This document shows, one piece after another, positions 35,875 through 41,940 of a stretch of DNA of 41,940 nt. How positions within the stretch are numbered: position 1 is the first letter of the stretch; the number at the start of each line of letters is the position of its first letter. The stretch is taken from the NCBI GenBank assembly GCA_947624925.1, contig CANQMG010000001.1:1-41940 (forward strand). Reading direction: 5' to 3'. The notes below the pieces were generated by a model. It worked only from the letters and a program-made list of their open reading frames with translations. It did no database searches and was not told where the DNA came from. The DNA comes from an uncultured Clostridia bacterium. GTDB taxonomy: Bacteria; Bacillota; Clostridia; TANB77; CAG-508. A program made the translations under genes and the position numbers.

Positions 35875-38064
35875 ATGAAGAATAAAAATAAAAATAAAAA
35901 ATTAACTGAAAGACCTCTTAATTCTAAAAGACTACGCACACTTACTATTACGTTTTTTTTAATATTGGTATTAATTCTTAGTAGACTTTTTTGGATACAG
36001 TTTGTTATGGCTGGAGAATTAAAGGAAAAAGCATATAGACAACAAACTTCTAATATTCTTATTAGTCCAAAACGTGGCACAATTTATGATACTAATGGAA
36101 AGATTTTAGCAACTAGCGCTCAAGTAGATACTGTATCTATTAATCCAACTAAAATTGAAGACGAAGATAAAGAAAAAGTAGCTAAAGCCCTTAGTGATAT
36201 TTTTGAATTAAATTATGATGAAATTTTACAAAAAGTAAGAAGTTCTTCTTCTGTTGAAACAATAATAAAAAAAGTAGAACATGATAAAATTGAAAAGCTT
36301 GAATTATGGATGGCGGAAAATAAATTAAATGCTGGAATAAATATAGATGAAGATACTAAAAGATATTATCCATACGATACAGTAGCTTCTAATTTAATAG
36401 GTTTTTGTGGTACTGATAATCAAGGTTTAGAGGGTATAGAAAATTATTGGGACGAAGTTTTAACTGGTAATTACGGTAAATTGGTTACATTAACTGATGT
36501 AAATAAAAGTGAAATTTCTAATAATGCCCAAACATATGTAGAAGTAGAAAATGGTAGCGATCTTTACCTTACTATAGATGTTAATATTCAAAACATAATC
36601 GAAAAATATGCTAAAAAAGCTGTTGATGATAATAAATGTTCATCTTCAAGTTGTATTATAATGTCTCCTTCTTCTGGCGAGATTTTAGGTATGGCAACAT
36701 ATCCTAATTATGATTTAAATAATCCTTTTACACCTGTTACAGATTCTCTAAAAGAAAATTGGGATAAGCTTTCAAGTAATGAACAAAATACTGCTCTTCA
36801 AAGTCTTTGGAGAAATAAAAATGTTTCTGGACTTTATGAGCCAGGCTCTACATTTAAGGTATTAATATCATCAATAGCATTAGAAGAAAATATTACAGAA
36901 ACTAATATAAAAAATGACTTTCATTGTACTGGATCTGAGAATGTAAATGGTACTACTATTAAATGTTGGAAACCAGCTTCACACGGTTATCAAGACTTAA
37001 AAACTGCTCTTGCAAATTCTTGTAACCCTTCATTTATTCAGTTGGGTCAAAGAATTGGTGTAACTACTCTTTATGACTACTTTGAGGCATTTGGATTATT
37101 TAGTAAAACAGGTATTGAAACATCTGGTGAATTTAACAGCTATTTCCATAAAGAATCTGAGGTTGGTCCTGTCGAACTTGCAACAATTTCTTTTGGACAA
37201 AGATTTGAAATAACTCCTATCCAATTGATTACTGCCATTTCTTCAATTGCAAACGATGGGGTTTTGGTAAAACCAAAAATAGTAAGGCAAATATCAAATG
37301 CTGACTTAGGTACAACTGTTAATATAGATACTCAAGATGTTAGACAAGTCGTTTCTAAGGAAACAGCTGATAAAGTTATTGATATGATGGAATATGTTGT
37401 AACTAATGGTACAGGAAGATATGGAGCTGTTAAGGGATATTCTATAGCTGGAAAAACAGGTACATCTGAGCCTGCACCAGGCTCTTCAGATGGAAATACC
37501 TTATCTTATGTTGCTATTGCTCCATCTGATAATCCAGAATTTGTAGCATTATTAGTTCTTTATGATACAGTCGATAATTCTTCACAGGGTAGTACAATTG
37601 CAGGTCCTATAATGTCAAATATATTAAAAGAAATTTTAGAATACAAAAATATAACATCAGAAAATACTAAAATTGATAATGCTTCTAATGAAGTTACAAT
37701 TCCAAATGTAACAAATAAAACTGTTACTGAGGCTGAAAAAATATTAAAAAATGCAGGTTTGGACGTTAATTTATCTGTAAGTGGAGATAAAAATTCTACA
37801 TTGGTTACAGCTCAAGTTCCTTCTGCTAATACAAAGGTATTAATGAATTCTATTGTTACTTTATATAGTGAAGAAAATTCCGTAAGAACCTCTGTTACAG
37901 TACCAGACTTAACTGGACTTAGCCTTTCTCAAGCAAAGGATTTATTAAAAGAAAAAAATTTAAATATTTCTTATACTGGTAGCGGACTTGTTGTAAGTCA
38001 AAGCAAAAAAGAGGGAGATAAAGTTGAAGAAAGTAGTATAATAGATGTAAAATTATCGTATTAA
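35875..38064 (+). CDS. Class B penicillin-binding protein (SpoVD/PBP2B/FtsI type) with two C-terminal PASTA domains
   Basis: N-terminal TM anchor. Transpeptidase motifs STFK, SCN and KTGT. Two PASTA-like repeats (VTIPNVTNKTVTEAEKILKNAGL..., VTVPDLTGLSLSQAKDLLKEKNL...). SD AAGGTGA. Confidence 0.88.
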   Translation: MKNKNKNKKLTERPLNSKRLRTLTITFFLILVLILSRLFWIQFVMAGELKEKAYRQQTSNILISPKRGTIYDTNGKILATSAQVDTVSINPTKIEDEDKEKVAKALSDIFELNYDEILQKVRSSSSVETIIKKVEHDKIEKLELWMAENKLNAGINIDEDTKRYYPYDTVASNLIGFCGTDNQGLEGIENYWDEVLTGNYGKLVTLTDVNKSEISNNAQTYVEVENGSDLYLTIDVNIQNIIEKYAKKAVDDNKCSSSSCIIMSPSSGEILGMATYPNYDLNNPFTPVTDSLKENWDKLSSNEQNTALQSLWRNKNVSGLYEPGSTFKVLISSIALEENITETNIKNDFHCTGSENVNGTTIKCWKPASHGYQDLKTALANSCNPSFIQLGQRIGVTTLYDYFEAFGLFSKTGIETSGEFNSYFHKESEVGPVELATISFGQRFEITPIQLITAISSIANDGVLVKPKIVRQISNADLGTTVNIDTQDVRQVVSKETADKVIDMMEYVVTNGTGRYGAVKGYSIAGKTGTSEPAPGSSDGNTLSYVAIAPSDNPEFVALLVLYDTVDNSSQGSTIAGPIMSNILKEILEYKNITSENTKIDNASNEVTIPNVTNKTVTEAEKILKNAGLDVNLSVSGDKNSTLVTAQVPSANTKVLMNSIVTLYSEENSVRTSVTVPDLTGLSLSQAKDLLKEKNLNISYTGSGLVVSQSKKEGDKVEESSIIDVKLSY

Positions 38065-38085
38065 ATTAAAGGACTTAGATAAATT

Positions 38086-38730
38086 ATGAAAACAATATAT
38101 TTAGATTTAAAAAATTATAATAATATAAATAAACTAAATGAAGTTGCAGATGCTTTAAAAATGGGAAGACTTGCTATATTTCCCACAGATACTGTCTATG
38201 GTTTAGGTGCAATATATGATAATGAAAATGCTGTTTCTAGCATTTTTGATATAAAAAAGAGAAATTTAGGCAAGCCTTTAAATGTTCTTATATCTAATTT
38301 ATCTATGCTAGATATTATAGCTAAAAATATATCTAATATGGATTTAAAGTTAATGTCTGGCTTTTGGCCCGGTCCTCTTACTATTATTTTAGATAAGCAA
38401 GAAAATGTTTCAAATACTATAACTGCTGGGCTAAATACTATTGGTGTAAGAATACCAAATAATAAAATTGCATTAGATTTAATAAATTTGGTAGGTAAAC
38501 CTATTGTAACCACAAGTGCAAATATATCTGGTAATTTAAGCTGTACGGATGCATCAAGTGCATTTGATATATTTAATAACAAAGTTTCATATATATTAGA
38601 TGGTGGTGAATCAAACTTAAAGCTTGCATCTACTATTGTACGAATTAATGATAATAAAGTAGAAATTTTAAGAGAAGGAAACATTTCTTTAAATGATATT
38701 AATTCTATTTTATTTAAGAAAGGAATTTAG
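38086..38730 (+). CDS. tsaC: L-threonylcarbamoyladenylate synthase (Sua5/YrdC/YwlC family)
   Basis: 214 aa. FPTDTVYGLGA and TSANISG motifs. Confidence 0.85.
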   Translation: MKTIYLDLKNYNNINKLNEVADALKMGRLAIFPTDTVYGLGAIYDNENAVSSIFDIKKRNLGKPLNVLISNLSMLDIIAKNISNMDLKLMSGFWPGPLTIILDKQENVSNTITAGLNTIGVRIPNNKIALDLINLVGKPIVTTSANISGNLSCTDASSAFDIFNNKVSYILDGGESNLKLASTIVRINDNKVEILREGNISLNDINSILFKKGI

Positions 38731-38733
38731 AAT

Positions 38734-39219
38734 ATGTTAAATAATATTATAGTAAAATATATAATCACATTTTTATTAGGTATGACACCTGTTATAGAAA
38801 TAAGAGGAGCAATACCTGTTGGAGTTGGACTTGGATTATCTTATTTTGAGGCTTTTATAGTTGGTTTTATTGGAAATATTATACCAATATATTTCATTGT
38901 TAAATATATAAGACCATTGTTTGATTTTCTAGGAAGATTTAAAATATTTAAGAAAATAATAGATTTTGCTACAAATAAAGCTACCAAAAAAATTGAAGAA
39001 AGTGAAAGATTACAAAATTTTACTGCGTTAGGATTATTTTTGTTTGTTGCAATTCCTATTCCAGGAACTGGTGCCTGGATTGGCTCATTAATTGCAAACT
39101 TTTTAAATTTACCTGTGAAGAAAGCTTTCTTACCCTTAGCTTTAGGAGTTGTTACAGCTGGTATTATTATCCTAGCTGCAACTGGTAGTGTAGTAACAAT
39201 ATTCCAACATATTGTTTAG
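38734..39219 (+). CDS. Small integral membrane protein, COG2426 / putative small multidrug export family
   Basis: 161 aa. About 4 TM segments. N-terminal TPVIEIRGAIPVG motif typical of that family, from memory. Confidence 0.6.
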   Translation: MLNNIIVKYIITFLLGMTPVIEIRGAIPVGVGLGLSYFEAFIVGFIGNIIPIYFIVKYIRPLFDFLGRFKIFKKIIDFATNKATKKIEESERLQNFTALGLFLFVAIPIPGTGAWIGSLIANFLNLPVKKAFLPLALGVVTAGIIILAATGSVVTIFQHIV

Positions 39220-39243
39220 TAAAAAATTCTCGATTAGAAAATG

Positions 39244-39279
39244 AAAAAACTATGTAACATATTTTACATAGTCTTTTTT
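39244..39279. terminator. Bidirectional intrinsic terminator between convergent genes
   Basis: ACTATGTAA / catatt / TTACATAGT flanked by an A-run (5') and a T-run (3'). Confidence 0.6.
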
Positions 39280-39296
39280 ATTTTATATTTATTATA

Positions 39297-39536
39297 TTAT
39301 GCATTTTCTTTTATGTATTCTACTACATCACTAACTGTAACAACTTTTTCAGCATCTGCATCTGGAATTTCTATGTCAAATTCTTCTTCTAATGCCATTA
39401 TTAATTCAACTATATCCAAAGAATCTGCTCCTAAATCATCTATGAAAGATGATTCCATTTCTACTGTATCTTCAGCTACTCCTAATTGTTCTACTATTAT
39501 TTCCTTAACTTTATCAAAAACTTCTTCTGAACTCAT
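39297..39536 (-). CDS. acpP: Acyl carrier protein
   Basis: 79 aa. Phosphopantetheine site [19 protein letters not shown]. Confidence 0.95.
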   Translation of the reverse strand: MSSEEVFDKVKEIIVEQLGVAEDTVEMESSFIDDLGADSLDIVELIMALEEEFDIEIPDADAEKVVTVSDVVEYIKENA

Positions 39537-39618
39537 TATACAAGTACACCTCCCTATAATTTTTATTCATTAGTCTATATTGTTTATATTATAACTAATA
39601 AATTTTGTCAATACATTT

Positions 39619-40650
39619 TTAGTTATTTTTATTTATTTGTTCAAATTCTTCTATCATTTTGTCCACTGCCTTATTTTTTACGAAATTTTCGGCCTGCCTT
39701 ATAGTGTATCTAAATAGTTTTTCATCACTACTTCCATGTGCTTTTATAACAGGTTTTTTTACCCCCAAGAACAATGCTCCTCCATATTCTTTATAATCCA
39801 TTGTTTTTGCAAATTTTTTTATTGATGGTAATGCTGGAACAGCACATATTTTAGATATTATATTATTTTGCAAGTTTTCTGATAAAACCTTTTTTACAAA
39901 TTTTCCAAAACCTTCCACAGTTTTTAAAAAAACATTTCCTGTAAATCCATCAGATATTAAAGCATCTATTTTTCCTGAAAAGGCTTCTCTTCCCTCCACA
40001 TTTCCAACAAAATTAATACCATATTCTTCACTATTTTCTTTTAATAATCTATATGTCTCTCTAACTAACTCATTTCCTTTTGTTTCTTCTGTTCCAATGT
40101 TTAATAATCCTATTGCTGGTTTTTCTATTTTATATGTATTTTTTAGGTAAATACTAGCCATTTGTGCAAACTGTATTAGGTTTAATGGCTTACAATTTGT
40201 ATTTGCACCTGCGTCCATTAACATTAATTGTTTGTTGTATGCTGGTAGCATAGGTGCTATAGCTGGTCTATCAATTCCTTTTATTCTACCTATTAACAAT
40301 GTAGCTCCTGTAAGTAATGCTCCTGAATTACCAGCAGATAAAAACACATCACCTTTTCCTTCTTTTAATAATTTAAAACCTACAACCATTGAAGAATCTT
40401 TTTTATGTTTTATTGCATCTGTAGGTTTATCCTCCATATCTATTGTTTCTGTTGTATGATATATGCTAAATTTATTTGATATATCCTCTAATTTATCTTT
40501 TCCAAATAAAGCTTTTACTCTACTGTTTATAATATCTTTATTTCCAATAAGCATAATTTCTGATTCTACTTCATTTACTGCTTTTACTGCTCCTTTTATA
40601 ACTTCATCAGGTGCATTATCTCCTCCCATAGCATCAACTAAAATAATCAT
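39619..40650 (-). CDS. plsX: Phosphate acyltransferase PlsX
   Basis: 343 aa. N-terminal IILVDAMGGDNAP. Position upstream of acpP. Confidence 0.93.
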   Translation of the reverse strand: MIILVDAMGGDNAPDEVIKGAVKAVNEVESEIMLIGNKDIINSRVKALFGKDKLEDISNKFSIYHTTETIDMEDKPTDAIKHKKDSSMVVGFKLLKEGKGDVFLSAGNSGALLTGATLLIGRIKGIDRPAIAPMLPAYNKQLMLMDAGANTNCKPLNLIQFAQMASIYLKNTYKIEKPAIGLLNIGTEETKGNELVRETYRLLKENSEEYGINFVGNVEGREAFSGKIDALISDGFTGNVFLKTVEGFGKFVKKVLSENLQNNIISKICAVPALPSIKKFAKTMDYKEYGGALFLGVKKPVIKAHGSSDEKLFRYTIRQAENFVKNKAVDKMIEEFEQINKNN

Positions 40651-40812
40651 ATGTTTCCTCCCATACTTTTTCTACTTTATACATAATTTATTATTATTAA
40701 TTTTATTATTCATTATTTTATATAATGCAATAAATATGTATATTATTTTATTATTTTTTTAGTAAAAAATCAATACTTTTGTAGGTATTAAATTATTAAT
40801 ATATTGAATTTG

Positions 40813-41142
40813 TTATTGAATTAAATTTTTAGAAATTAATCTTTTTGAATGAAATATTCTTTGAATGTAAATACAACTTTCCTTTATTTGATAAATAATT
40901 CGGTAAGATTTATAAAAAATTTCCCTAATATATTCTTTATTATATTCTGGAACTTTTCTTCCCATATATGGTAAAATAATAAGATTTAAAATTTTTTTAC
41001 CAATTTCTTGTTTTGTTTTAATTGCATAAAACTCAGAATTGATTTCTATATATGTATATATCTGTTCTATGTCAATATCGGCATCTTTAGATAATATGAT
41101 TAAATTATTTTTATCCAAATACTTCCTCAAAAGTATATACAT
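40813..41142 (-). CDS. RelE/ParE-family toxin
   Basis: C-terminal pattern PYMGRKVPEY...REIFYKSYRIIYQIKESCIYIQRIFHSKR is typical of ParE/RelE. The start is uncertain: ATG 41142 overlaps the antitoxin by 32 nt, and the in-frame TTG 41118 is an alternative. Confidence 0.7.
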   Translation of the reverse strand: MYILLRKYLDKNNLIILSKDADIDIEQIYTYIEINSEFYAIKTKQEIGKKILNLIILPYMGRKVPEYNKEYIREIFYKSYRIIYQIKESCIYIQRIFHSKRLISKNLIQ

Positions 41143-41284
41143 TCCCTAAATCATAATTTTTATTTCCTAATTCGACTGATGCTATAACTATATCTGATTC
41201 TGTAGTATTCTCATCTCTAATTATATTTTCTAATTCTTCTATAGATTTTTCTCTATAATATTTAATTTTCTCTTCATTACTCAT
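41111..41284 (-). CDS. Putative cognate antitoxin (small acidic protein)
   Basis: 57 aa from ATG 41284 (SD GGAGGTG 6 nt upstream). Overlaps the toxin gene start. No recognisable family from sequence alone. Confidence 0.5.
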   Translation of the reverse strand: MSNEEKIKYYREKSIEELENIIRDENTTESDIVIASVELGNKNYDLGNVYTFEEVFG

Positions 41285-41375
41285 AACACGCACCTCCTCA
41301 TATATTATATTAGTATTTAATAATTTAATACCTTTTTAGATTATATTTATTATTTGATTATTTGTCAACATATCT

Positions 41376-41410
41376 ATAAAAAAAATAGAGCTTACGCTCT
41401 ATTTTTTTTA
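41376..41410 (-). terminator. Intrinsic terminator after tuf
   Basis: ATAGAGC / GTAA / GCTCTAT (minus strand) followed by TTTTTTTT. An A-run on the other side makes it bidirectional. Confidence 0.75.
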
Positions 41411-41940
41411 TTATTCGATTATATCTGAAACTATACCAGAACCTACTGTTCTTCCACCTTCACGTATAGCAAATCTTAATCCTTTTTCTATAGCGATTGG
41501 TGTAATTAATTCGATTGTCATTGAAACGTTATCTCCTGGCATTACCATTTCTGTTCCAGCTGCTAATTCAATAACACCTGTAACATCTGTTGTTCTGAAA
41601 TAGAATTGTGGTCTATATCCATTGAAGAATGGTGTATGTCTTCCACCTTCTTCTTTTGTTAATACATAAACTTCTGCTTTGAATTTTGTATGTGGATGTA
41701 TTGTTCCAGGTTTTGCAAGAACTTGACCTCTTTCAACATCTTTTCTATCGATTCCTCTTAATAATGCTCCTGCATTGTCTCCTGCTTCAGCTTGGTCTAA
41801 TGATTTTCTGAACATTTCTAGTCCTGTTACTACTGTTTTCTTTCTGTCTTGAGTTAATCCGATTATTTCTACTTCGTCTCCTACTTTTATTACTCCTCTT
41901 TCAACTCTACCTGTAACAACAGTTCCTCTACCAGTAATTG
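41411..41940 (-). CDS. tuf: Elongation factor Tu, C-terminal part (gene continues beyond the window end)
   Basis: [23 protein letters not shown] and [12 protein letters not shown]. The frame stays open upstream of the listed Met to the window edge (…[26 protein letters not shown]…). Confidence 0.95.
   Translation of the reverse strand, partial: ITGRGTVVTGRVERGVIKVGDEVEIIGLTQDRKKTVVTGLEMFRKSLDQAEAGDNAGALLRGIDRKDVERGQVLAKPGTIHPHTKFKAEVYVLTKEEGGRHTPFFNGYRPQFYFRTTDVTGVIELAAGTEMVMPGDNVSMTIELITPIAIEKGLRFAIREGGRTVGSGIVSDIIE

Noticed and set aside
39241-39573. 110-aa plus-strand ORF
   Set aside because: It is antisense to the unmistakable acpP gene and starts inside a bidirectional terminator.
1-41940. 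CRISPR arrays, rRNA/tRNA genes, transposase or integrase genes, prophage blocks
   Set aside because: I found no regularly spaced direct repeats, no cloverleaf-capable GC-rich segments other than the repeat modules, and no ORFs with transposase/integrase/phage structural signatures.

Overview
Very AT-rich chromosomal segment (roughly 25-30 % G+C by eye) from a low-GC Firmicute. It looks Clostridia-like: gdpP-rplI-dnaB synteny, anaerobic class III RNR, a SpoVD/PBP2B-type PBP with PASTA domains, and tuf at the right edge. I support about 38 protein genes, most on the minus strand. Housekeeping genes: prs, nrdG, nrdD, a Crp/Fnr regulator, ftsH, tilS (frameshifted), dnaB, rplI, gdpP, cysE, topB, mgtA, dapF, rsmA, a class B PBP, tsaC, acpP, plsX and tuf (partial). 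Accessory or unusual content: (1) a WalRK-like two-component pair with an Ig-repeat membrane protein and a pseudo-receiver GGDDF protein; (2) a 2699-aa cyclic beta-1,2-glucan synthase-like giant; (3) three small toxin-antitoxin-like pairs (MNT/HEPN, DUF4160/DUF2442, ParE-like); (4) a compositionally foreign M15 peptidase gene. I found no rRNA, tRNA, CRISPR array, transposase or integrase. The most unexplained signal is non-coding, a mosaic family of intergenic repeats. One part is a ~225-bp inverted-repeat element with an invariant, asymmetric GC-rich core (1-210 and 5126-5349). The other is a GGGCAGG/CCTGCCC hairpin module present four times, one copy carrying a nested insertion of two GC-rich stem-loops (28191-28283). 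I do not recognise either as a known RNA family or IS end. Other items worth follow-up: paired TGTTGC-N4-GCAAC palindromes between the Crp/Fnr gene and nrdDG, the +1 frameshift in essential tilS, and an RBS-sequestering perfect hairpin in front of cysE.
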